Shown: positions 13,488-23,300 of the stretch, one piece after another
Numbering within the stretch: the first letter of the stretch is position 1
Layout of the letters: the number at the start of each line of letters is the position of its first letter
Source: Chara braunii
Taxonomy: Eukaryota; Plantae; Charophyceae
NCBI GenBank assembly: GCA_003427395.1
Contig: BFEA01000027.1
Span: 2,024,015-2,088,014 of the forward strand
Direction of reading: 5' to 3'
DNA: 64,000 nucleotides
Program-made: the position numbers and the translations under genes
The notes under the pieces: generated by a model
Told to the model about the DNA's origin: nothing
Database searches by the model: none
What the model saw: the letters and a program-made list of their open reading frames with translations, nothing else

Positions 13488-13817
13488 CTACTCCTCCACT
13501 GCCCTCACGACTCCAATCAATTTTCCTCTGTCGTCTTTTATCTCGTGCTCACCTTCTACTCCGAACAGGCCTGTGTCAAGGTAGAGTTCCCCTTCTTGAT
13601 CTCGTAGGCAAGAGGCTCCTCTCTTAATCTCTATCAACCCTGTTTCATTAGATCGAACTCTCCTACAGATCGTCGTGCCTAGAGTATACAAGTCCTCCTG
13701 GGTCCATTCTGTCAAAAGTCTGAGCAACTCTTGGGATCTCCACCTATCATGATCACGCTGTCTTAGTTCATTTGATATATCCCCTCCAAGCTGCCTATTC
13801 TCGTTCCCTCTGGTCAT
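13488..13817 (-). CDS. Accessory ORF F, unknown (109 aa; may read through to ~13395)
   Basis: ATG start overlapping the end of ORF E by 23 nt. Confidence 0.55.
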   Translation of the reverse strand: MTRGNENRQLGGDISNELRQRDHDRWRSQELLRLLTEWTQEDLYTLGTTICRRVRSNETGLIEIKRGASCLRDQEGELYLDTGLFGVEGEHEIKDDRGKLIGVVRAVEE

Positions 13818-14307
13818 TCGGGTTATGGTGTCGGTTTATGAAATCAATTATTAAACCTCGACCGATCCCTGTCAATGCTTCGTAAGGAATCCGCGGCCTA
13901 GACAAGTCTTCAAAGATCCTGATTTCGGTACTCCAAGCGACTTCTTTCTTTAAGGAAAGGAGTCTATCCTTCTCGTCCTCCACCACTTCTCTCGCTCTTT
14001 GTCAGCAACGTCCATACGCTAAATCGTCCGATCTTTTCGTTGGTAGGTAAATGCCTACGTCTCTTACCTCAGTCCCTAGGAAGCGCGCGGTCATAACATA
14101 GAGGCGGCTCAGTTCCCATGCGATGTCGACCATCTCATAGGCTTCCACTTCATACGGAAACTCCTCCCTTCTTCCTAGGGTACTCAAGGATGCACACACC
14201 GCATCAAACTTCTCTTGTGGCGGTCGGTTCCCAGCGATGATCTTATTATCCCACTCTTCGAGTTTCTCTGCAGACTTCTTATGCCTTACTCGTTCATGAC
14301 CCAGCAT
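13795..14307 (-). pseudogene. Accessory ORF E, unknown (family alpha), 170 codons with one internal TGA
   Basis: Track ORFs 14002..14331 and 13795..13986 are in frame. GRC*QRA matches GRCWQRA in ORF G. Confidence 0.75.
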
Positions 14308-14324
14308 TCTTTTGCCACGCTTGC

Positions 14325-14594
14325 CTAACACAACCGGGCTCGTTCCCTAACCAGACAATAGTATCTTTTTTCAGAGGTCTTTAGTCTTTCTACCTTCAGT
14401 AGATAACTGATCTCGGTTTGGTTGGTAATTACCCTCAAAGCCGACTCCCTCATACGATCGAAATAAGGTTGTATGAGTTGAAGTTCTTCAAACCCAAAGA
14501 GATCTATATCAGGAATTCGGAGGGTGCCCTCAACTTTTACCATTCTCTCTTCCGCGATAGCCCTGAAGGAGAATTGTTCCCTAAGACCCGGCAT
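14325..14594 (-). CDS. Accessory ORF D, unknown (family beta), 89 aa
   Basis: ATG 1 nt after the ORF C stop (TAGGATG); similar to ORF I. Confidence 0.65.
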   Translation of the reverse strand: MPGLREQFSFRAIAEERMVKVEGTLRIPDIDLFGFEELQLIQPYFDRMRESALRVITNQTEISYLLKVERLKTSEKRYYCLVRERARLC

Positions 14595-14595
14595 C

Positions 14596-15015
14596 CTACT
14601 GACCCCAACTCCTTGCTCTGAGCGTCATATTAATTAAAGGCTCCCAGTTCTTGTCGTCTGTAAAACTGTTAGGTAGACTAGGTTCTGGAACCCCATAGAA
14701 TAGAACCGGTGATGAGTCACTGATTACTTTCTCTCCTCTCCTTTCTAATTCCTTCCTTTCCTGGCTGATGACGGTTTTAATTCAGTTTCTAAACGACGCT
14801 CGTTCAGTTCCCCTCTCACTCAATAGGGGTATATAGGGTCTAATGTCGTATTCCCCTGTATCAAGGTGTTTTACCACAAGGACATGGGCTTTCCCAGGAG
14901 CGTGGCGTTCCTCCATTGATATACAGCTTTCTATTTTGTAAGGAAACGCCCCCCCACTAGTAATAGGGACTAAGGTGTCTAGGGCCGTTGTGACCCTAGG
15001 GCAATAACCTGACAT
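14596..15015 (-). pseudogene. Accessory ORF C, unknown (family alpha), 139 codons with one internal TGA
   Basis: GGAFPYKIES...HVLVVKHLDTGEYDIRPYIP; reads in frame past 14782 to the TAG at 14596; homolog at 59004-59345. Confidence 0.75.
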
Positions 15016-15082
15016 TTTCGATTCGCTATCCTTTTATCGTTACTCTTCTGCGCGTTCGTCCTCACAGGCAGCTTCACCGAGG

Positions 15083-16210
15083 TCACTCTAGGCTCATCCG
15101 GACACCCAGTCGTGACCATCGTCCCTCGACATATTCTTCTATTTCGGTAGCGCTCCTGAAGTACCCCACCCTTTCCTCAAGAAAAGTTGCGACGTCTTCC
15201 CACTCTTCACGGTCGTCGTCCCTTAATCGTTCCCACTCGGCTAGATCCCAATCTTCTTCCCCATAGTATATGTCCTCATCGTTTACTGCCTCTGTCCCTT
15301 CGTAGTATGTCCGGAGTTCGTAGAACCCAATGAGTGAACCTTCCCTAACCGACGAGTCGTATCCAGGAGTCCCGTATAACTCGGCTATACCAGCTAGGTG
15401 GCTCGGCGGCTCCCTCAGGGCTCTATCCAAAGCGGTCCAGAATTCGGCCGATTGATCAAACCTCAGTGCCTCTCTAAGATCTCTAGGTGAAATAGCTCTA
15501 ATTAGCTCTACCAATTCCAAAGTCGACTCCCCGAACCTAGGCCCTTCCTTCCAGAGCGTGTAGTAGGCGTGATCTTCGTCACTGCTCCTCAAAAGGTTTC
15601 TAATCTCGAGGAAAGCTCGGTAGACCTCAATAAGGCGGCCAAGTCCCCCTAGAAATCCTTCCAAGACGAAACCCGGGACGGGCAGCCTCAAAGTTTGTTC
15701 GGGTTGGGGCAAGAACCCTTCTCTAGCCAGTCGAAGCGAGACCACTACCGACCTATAGTCCCTGTCGTAGCAGCGTTCCTTCCCCCTTAGCTTGTCGACC
15801 ACTTCCTGCAGTATGCGTCGCGTTGTTACCTCGTCTGCCCAGGTATGAGAGTCGAGACTCGGAATTACCCCTAAAACCTGATCCCAGCGACTTCGTTGTA
15901 CAGCTTGGAAAACTATGTCCGCTAGAACGGAAGACTGATAGTAGAGGAAGCCTCTGACCGCTAATTCCAGGGATTCTTTTATAAGCCCGCCTCTCCTGTC
16001 GAACTCACACCCTACCTGGGGCGCGACCAGCAACCAGACCCCCGACCTCAACAGGATAGATCTTCACTCCTTATCTACTTTATCCAGATATCCTCACCTA
16101 ACAGCTTGCCCAGGCAAGGTAAATTCCACCCAATCTTCTCCAATGAACTCGGGTTCCCTATAGTCGAAGTGACAAAGCTCAACTGGGTGCTCTATCTCGT
16201 CGTGAGGCAT
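15083..16210 (-). pseudogene. Accessory ORF B, unknown, ~375 aa with acidic C-terminus; two early TGA
   Basis: ATG directly follows the ORF A stop (TAGATG); in frame with the 322-aa track ORF 15083..16051. Confidence 0.7.
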
Positions 16211-16918
16211 CTAGTCGTCCACGGAGCTCCCGTCTAAAATCCGGCCCCTGTTTATCTCCCCACTTGTCTCCGCTCTCCTTACCTCGTCTCTGACCCTAAA
16301 CACGATTCTGCGCAACTGTCTACGCGTGGGAATTGCTCGGTCTAGACAGTAGGTAAGTAACCAGGCTCGCTCGACGGTAGTTATCCTGAACTGCGTCGCC
16401 CTCTGCACTACAGCTCGTAGCCTCTGATGTCTCACCTCATCGCCAAAGACTACTTCTGTGAGGAATCTAGGAACGATAACCGCTCTCACAGACGTAGCTC
16501 TAGGCAGCTCCCAGTCGTACGCAAAATGCACCGTGTAGAAGGCTACCGAGTCGGCTTCACTCCTCTTCACAAACTCACTGAACACTCTCGCACCGAATCT
16601 ACATGCTAATGATGTCAGGCATAAGAGAGTGTGACAATGACGGGCAGTCTCTATCACTAGATACCTCCACTCCTGGTCTGAGAGATATAATCTAACATTC
16701 ACTTCTGCGCGAAGGGGTTCGCTAGCCCTGTCCCTTCTAACACACACTCTAGGCTCCGCCTCAATTCTCACCCACAGGAAGACGCCCTCGCGTATGACTA
16801 GACCTCGTTGTACGGACGACCTATACTTGCTCGATCCTTCCAAAGGAAGACTAATGATGTCACAGAAGCCGCTACGTTCAACGAGATGTATTCGAGACTC
16901 CGATTCGATGTAAACCAT
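16211..16918 (-). CDS. Accessory ORF A, unknown, 235 aa intact
   Basis: Open frame with its ATG 2 nt downstream of a strong 3' splice site (TTTTTTATTTTGCTTAG|GAATG). Confidence 0.75.
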   Translation of the reverse strand: MVYIESESRIHLVERSGFCDIISLPLEGSSKYRSSVQRGLVIREGVFLWVRIEAEPRVCVRRDRASEPLRAEVNVRLYLSDQEWRYLVIETARHCHTLLCLTSLACRFGARVFSEFVKRSEADSVAFYTVHFAYDWELPRATSVRAVIVPRFLTEVVFGDEVRHQRLRAVVQRATQFRITTVERAWLLTYCLDRAIPTRRQLRRIVFRVRDEVRRAETSGEINRGRILDGSSVDD

Positions 16919-17219
16919 TCCTAAGCAAAATAAAAAATGGTTCTCTCTCAGTATGTCACTCCCTGTGCCACTCTCAGACTGTTGAGCTCAAAGACCCCCA
17001 CGACAGGCCTCCTCTGATCACCCCTGTATCCCTTCAAGACGTCAACAGGCCTACAAGAGAACCGCCCTCTGGCGTATCTCTTCCTACCCTCGTGTCAAGA
17101 AGGAGGTCGGATCAATGTGCCATCGTCGCTGGCCTACCTTCCCTGTCGCAACCTGAGCACGAGCCGGCCAACTCATGTGCTCTAGGGTGGACCGAAGTCA
17201 CACGCGAATAGGGAGGCGG

Positions 17220-20200
17220 TGTCTCACTCGCGGGAGGGTCGGTCAGGGCTCCTGTAACCTGCACAAAACAAGTCAGTCCACATCAACAAATACAAGTACC
17301 GTAGCCGACCATGACCAATGCAATAAGAAACTCACGAAACACTGTCTGGCAGAAATAACAGAAGTAGTTTCATTCAATCCAAACCAATAGGATGGGAAAC
17401 ACTCGTCCCGGCCTCAGCCGTACACCTCGCTCCTGTGTCTGGAAAGTCTGTCTAAGTCCCTAGTCAACAAACGTCGTCTAATCCTCCTCCCGATTGGGTG
17501 ACGCCTGTAACGTGCTCGTCGATCCCAAAGAATAGTGCTCGAACTCTCAGTGTCGGAAGTAGCCTCCCTCGCCTATCGAGGCCAAAGCTCCAGATCCACC
17601 GTGACCATAGTTCGGGTGTGCCCCCTCGGAAGGCCTGCTTCACGAAAGTACCCGCTCGAGAAGCCCCCTTCGGACGTACCCCTTCGGAAAGCCCTTTTCA
17701 CGAAAGTACCCCCTCGAGAAGCCCTCTTCGGACGTACCCCTTCGGAAAGCCCGCTTCATGAAAGTACCTCTTCGGGATATTATCCCCCCCTCAGTAAAAT
17801 GCGGCGAAAGTGTCCGTCTGGTAAAGTACCTGTCTGGTAAGTGTGTCCGCTCAGTAAAAATGGCCGCTCGGTAAAACGTCTATTCGGTAAAACACCCTCT
17901 TCGGTAAATGTGTCCCTTCACTAAAATACCCTTCCGTCGAGTGTCCCTCCGGTAGCGTACCCGTTCGGGAAGACAGCCCCCTCCGTCGAGTGTCCCCGTC
18001 GAGTGTCCCTCAGGTAACGTACCCGTTCGGGAAGAAAGCCCCCTCCGTTGAGTGTCCCCGTCGAGTGTCCCTCAGGTAGCGTACCCATTCGGGTAAAAGC
18101 CCCCTCCGTCGACTGCTCCCGTCAAGTGTCCCTCTCGTAGCGTACTCGTTCGGGTAAAAAAAACCCTCCGTCGAGTGTTCCGGTCGAGTGTCCCTCCGGT
18201 AGCGTACCCGCTCGGGTAAAAAAAGTCCCCTCCGTCGAGCCTGGTTCGGATAGCGTCCCTTCACGGGGCCATACTTAGTCTGGTTCTAGTCGATGTCCCA
18301 AAAGCCCTGTCTCGTTCCATGTCCCGATCCGCGCCCGATGGCCCCGGTCCGGTCCGATCTGGTGATCTGCTCCCCATAACCTGGTTCGGCGAGATGGCCG
18401 ATCTGTGCCCCGTAGCCCGGTTCTATTCAGAGACCCAAAGCCGCGTCCAAAGATGCCACCTTGCGTGGTGCCCGGACGTTCCAGCTGCTTCCCTGTTCGT
18501 ATGCCCACAAGCACGGGGTGGCCATGCTCAGTTGCGTGTTCGTGGGCGCATGAGTGCGCGGTAGGCGCTCGTAGTCGAAGGTAGCAAGCACCTCTAGGCC
18601 ACTCTCCTCCTCCATACACTGATGCGCGCCGATGCGCGTAGAATCCCCTCCCCCGTGGCTCTCTCTCTCTCTCCAGCACGCTGATGTGCGCTGGGTCCCC
18701 GCTGCTCTCTCTCTCCAGTGAAGTGATGCGCGCGGACGCACGCAGGCTCCCCGCGCTCTCTCTCTCGAGTGAACTGATGCGCGCGGATGCGCGCAGGATT
18801 CCCGCGCTCTCTCTCTCCAGTAAACTGATGCGCGCGGATGCGCGCAGGATTCCCCTCCCCGAATCCGCTAGTGCGCGAGAGGCCACGCTGCCTGTCCGCT
18901 AGTGTGTGAGTGCTTCCGCCCTCGGTCCGTGAGTGCGCGTGTCGCCCCGCTGCCTGTCCGCAGGTGCGCGGGTGCGCCCTCCCCTAATCCGCTAGTGCGC
19001 GGATGGCCGCGCTGCCAATCTCCAAGTTCGCGGGTGCTCCCGCCCTCGGTCCGTGAGTGCGCGGGTGATCGCACAGCGTGTCCGCAGGTGCGCGAGTGCC
19101 CCCGCCCCGAGTTCACTAGATCGCGGGTGACCGCGCTGCGTGTCCGCAGGTGCGCGGGTGCTCCAGCCCCGGGTTCGCTAGTGCGCAGGTGACCGCGCCG
19201 TGTGTCCGCAGGTGCACGGGTGCTCCCGCCCCGAGTCCGCTAGTGCGCGGGTGACCGCCCTGCGTTTCCGCAGGTGCGTGGGTGCGCACGCACAGGTGCG
19301 TGAGCTGCGCGCCCGATCCGATGGTGCGCGCGTGCGCGCGCGCAGGTGCGTGAGCTGCGCGCCCGATCCGATAGTGCCCGAGTGCGCGGGCGGGGTTGCG
19401 CGCGGCTGCGCGCACGTGCGCCCTTTCCCGACTGTGAGCGGCGAGGTTGCGCGCACATGCGCCCGATCCCAACTGTGCGCAGGCGGGGCTCCGCGCGGCT
19501 GCGCGCACGTGCGCCCGATCCCGACTGTGTGCGGACGGGCAGCCGCGCCCGTGCGCCCGTGCGTGACTATCCACCTGTGTTACCTGGTTCTCCCCGTTCT
19601 TCGTGCGTGGTGCTCCCTCTCTCCTCCGTGCGCCTCCAACTCGTGCATGCGAGAAGTGTCCTGTGCCTGGGCCCGGTTTGGCTTATATGCTCTGTCGGGC
19701 CCTTCTCGGAGTGCAAGCCTTGGTCCTCGTGTGCTCTGTGGCAGCCGACAACTTGCAGCGCCCGGTACCGGGCCTGTGCCTGAGCCTGATTGGGCCTTCG
19801 AAAAGTTCCAGGCGAAAAGGGCCTTCCCATCGGGAACTGGGCCCTTTGCAGCGCCCTGGTACCGCAGCTGTTCCCGAGCCTGTCCCAGGCCTGCCCGGGC
19901 CTATGCGGTTCCCACATAGCAGCGGTGCCGCTCTTAGGGAAAATCCAGGCTGGGCCCCGTAAGTAAAAAAAAAAAAAACGGTCTCGAATCAATTGGGCCG
20001 AGGCGGACCCCTCGCCCTAGCGGAACCGCCCCTTCAAAGGAAAATCCAACCAGCCGAGTGGCCCCCTCGCCCGTGGCGCCCGCCTGCGTCATGGTCGGTG
20101 AACCCCGGCTAGGTAAAGTAGCCCCCTTGATTGTACCATCCGTCTGCCTCGGTGTCGGCGAGTCCTGACCACGCAAAATAACGCCAAAGAGAAATGTCAC

Positions 20201-20386
20201 CATTCTGCCCCTTCGGAGTGTCGTCTCGTCGCACGATCAGTAAACAGTGGTGACCTTGATGGTCATGGTGTTGGTCTGCCTCATGGTCGGTGAACCCCGG
20301 CCAGATAGAATACTGTCGAGTGGAGTTGTTGTCGCGTGCCATCTGAAAGGAAGTAAAGGGCGGCGTAATATTGTAGCCGCCCGACA
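17220..20386 (-). repeat. 5' LTR of the Gypsy element
   Basis: Colinear with 2473-5680; starts TGTCGG on the minus strand; differs by substitutions and repeat copy number. Confidence 0.9.
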
Positions 20387-20732
20387 ACGTTTTGCGTGAA
20401 CTGCCGACGTAGCGGCAAACAAAGAACTCCGGAGTTCCGAAGGCCCAACCCAGGTACGCGGCGGCCTGCGCCACGTGGCGGCCCCCGACGGCCCAACTTT
20501 TCGGGACCATCTCCACCACGGAGGGATTTTCCCGTAACCCGTCGCCCATAGTGTCCCGGCCCCTTCGGACTGTGAGACCCTTGCGCGCGCACCCCTCATT
20601 CGCCTAATTGCATTCATACCCTTAAGACTCCCCCACTTCCCCAAAAATCCTTGGCACACCCCTTTTCGCACTTCCAGGCCCACATCCCACTCCGATCAGG
20701 AAGTCGCGCTGGGCGTGAGGTTGGGCGTCACA
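20387..20732. mobile_element. Solo LTR family X, right part
   Basis: Ends CGTCACA; reverse complement of 20630-20732 matches 61037-61140. Confidence 0.8.
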
Positions 20733-20809
20733 TTCTCAGCACCACTAGCACTGCAGGGGGGGCATGTTTTCTTAAAAAGAAAAAAGAAAAAAAAAAGAAA
20801 AAAAAAGAA
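20733..20809 (+). mobile_element. Remainder of the L1 tail from 1-351 with polyA
   Basis: CAGCACCACTAGCACTG...TTTTCTTAAAA matches the end of the tail at 31680-31740. Confidence 0.8.
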
Positions 20810-21091
20810 GTTCGGTCGTGCTTCAATCAGGGCTGGGGAGGGAGGTGAGAACCTGACTAACCCTGATGCCTATAACTGCTGTCCGGTCAAGGTCACTAGA
20901 ATGGGTGACAATCCTGGGTGTACTCAGGTAGGACCTTGGGAGCCGGGATGTGCCGGGGATCATAATGATGAGTAAGGGTGGGAGGGTGCCTCACCGGGGG
21001 CCGGTTACGCAATGCATCGGAGTGATCAAATGGCCAGTTGCTGACGGGCCTGTCTGGTGGCCAGCCTCTACAACAACCTGGAGTTTTTTTT

Positions 21092-21130
<39 letters not shown>

Positions 21131-22299
21131 NNNNNNNNNNNNNNNNNNNNNNNNNNNNNNNNNNNNNNNNNNNNNNNNNNNNNNNNNNNNNNNNNNNNNN
21201 NNNNNNNNNNNNNNNNNNNNNNNNNNNNNNNNNNNNNNNNNNNNNNNNNNNNNNNNNNNNNNNNNNNNNNNNNNNNNNNNNNNNNNNNNNNNNNNNNNNN
21301 NNNNNNNNNNNNNNNNNNNNNNNNNNNNNNNNNNNACACCTGTAGTTATGACACCCGGCCTGACACCACATCAGTTGGTACTTCCATTGCTTTTTCGAAC
21401 TCGGGGCCGGTTTTCTTGGCTGGTGCATGTTTTGTTTTGCTCATTCTATAGTCAAAAGTGACATCAACGTAGTACTTGGCCCTTTTTCCCTCTTTTTGAG
21501 AGAAATACCAGTGGCCACTGCTAGCTGGGGTGATAAGAGCAACCCCTTCTACGCTGGACTGACCTGCAAACCCCTTGCGCAACCTCTGATATGCGATAGG
21601 ACAGTCAGGGCATACTCACAGTGGCTCTGAGGGATAGTAGTTTTGTAGTCTTGCTGGCAAGATTGCATCAGCTATGGATGGCATTGTTTAGGAAAGTATT
21701 GTCTATGGGGTTGTGTGTTTGGCATAAGGGATGACTAGGTTTGCTCACGGATTATGAGGCCAGGTATTGCTGTTATAGTATAGTCTTTTATATTTATTAA
21801 TCATTTTCAGCACCATCTTCAAAAAAAAAAAAAAAAAAAAAAAAGTCATATCAAGCTTTCTGGGTTCCGTTATTCTGGGCGGCATCTGGCTTTCTTCCCC
21901 TTTCGGGATATAGGATTTCGGAGATGGTCGAATCTGGACTGATATCTGCAGAGCTGCTTTGTTCTGTGCCCCTGCTTTGACGATGCCAGAACGACGCTGG
22001 CCGGAGCTGGGGCGTCGCCCTGTAACCTGCAAATGGCAGGAGTGTGAGGCCTTGTAGAGAGATCTGGGGGTTTGCTGAGGGAGGAAGGCAACCCAATGAC
22101 GAACCGGGGGGCGCTGCCTTGACAACCTATGGGTCCAGGGATAGTCTAGGTGGTGAGAACAGGTCAGCTATGGTTGACGTTGGTTAGGATGGCATTGTTT
22201 CTGAGATGTAATGTCCTGGTACAGGGAGGGTTAGGAGTTGTTCAAGGATTAGGAAGCCAGAATTGATGATATAGCATAGTCTTCTATAATTCTATACAC

Positions 22300-22405
22300 T
22301 AATTATCATTATCATTAGCACCATCATCATTGGTATCATTATCTCACAGTCGGTATAGAATCATCATAAGCTCATCATCATCATCATCATCATCATTATC
22401 ATCAT
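22300..22405. repeat. (CAT)n degenerate microsatellite
   Basis: Direct reading. Confidence 0.85.
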
Positions 22406-22407
22406 AT

Positions 22408-22560
22408 GAGGGACGCTGAGCCCGGTTCTCAGCATGTCCGGTTCGGTCACTCCGGGTAGACTGTGAGGACCCCGGCTTCAATCTTCTCATTGGTAATATC
22501 AGCCTTGGGCACTGGGCCCGTTTAAAAATAAAATTAAAAAAAAAAAAAAAAAAAAAAAAA
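22408..22560 (+). mobile_element. LINE 3' tail, type 2, with polyA
   Basis: GGGAC-GCTGAG-CCCGGTT-CTCAGC hairpin; downstream sequence matches the reverse complement of 49941-50010. Confidence 0.75.
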
Positions 22561-23099
22561 NNNNNNNNNNNNNNNNNNNNNNNNNNNNNNNNNNNNNNNN
22601 NNNNNNNNNNNNNNNNNNNNNNNNNNNNNNNNNNNNNNNNNNNNNNNNNNNNNNNNNNNNNNNNNNNNNNNNNNNNNNNNNNNNNNNNNNNNNNNNNNNN
22701 NNNNNNNNNNNNNNNNNNNNNNNNNNNNNNNNNNNNNNNNNNNNNNNNNNNNNNNNNNNNNNNNNNNNNNNNNNNNNNNNNNNNNNNNNNNNNNNNNNNN
22801 NNNNNNNNNNNNNNNNNNNNNNNNNNNNNNNNNNNNNNNNNNNNNNNNNNNNNNNTTGATAAATTTCATTGGCGGCTCATTTTCCATTTCGGGCCTGTTT
22901 CTTTTGCACGCGGCCGATATATGGGAAAGGTACCGGTGGTTTAAAGTTCAGTGTGATAAAAAAGCCCCAGCTGTCAACCCCACAAACTATTCTGACACAG
23001 CAACAGGCCCCAAAAACACTTTGTGGAGGGCTTTATTTGTAGCAAAAGCTGCCACAAGATAGACATGCGCTGGATTCTAAAACATGGAGTCCACTGGTC

Positions 23100-23300
23100 C
23101 AGTTGATGTAGCTCAGTGGTTAGAGCACCGGTTGGAAATGCGCATTGTGGTATAAGGTTGCGGGTTCAAAACCCCGCAGCCTTGCGCATGGACACCGGCA
23201 GGGCGTTAGATTGATGCACGGCTGGATGCACATCCCCTTGGGCTAACGCATGGTACTATTACAGACACTGCAGTCCACGGTGTTGTATGTTGGTTGTGGG
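23100..23300 (+). mobile_element. tRNA-derived SINE, copy 1
   Basis: A box TAGCTCAGTGG, B box GGTTCAAAAC, intact D arm but no anticodon stem; ~200 bp shared with 33335-33557. Confidence 0.8.

Larger units (their letters stand above)
2473..20386 (-). mobile_element. Large (~18 kb) Ty3/Gypsy LTR retrotransposon with accessory ORF array
   Basis: Two ~3.2 kb direct repeats, a PPT, and domain order gag-PR-RT-RH-INT on the minus strand. Many premature stops; no matching TSD found. Confidence 0.93.

Noticed and set aside
17012-17030. tRNA-Met PBS (CTCTGATCACC); also TGATACCA at ~2098
   Set aside because: Imperfect matches and not adjacent to the LTR boundary defined by repeat alignment.
23100-23180. 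Functional tRNA gene (also 27287, 33248, 33557)
   Set aside because: Acceptor and anticodon stems do not pair.
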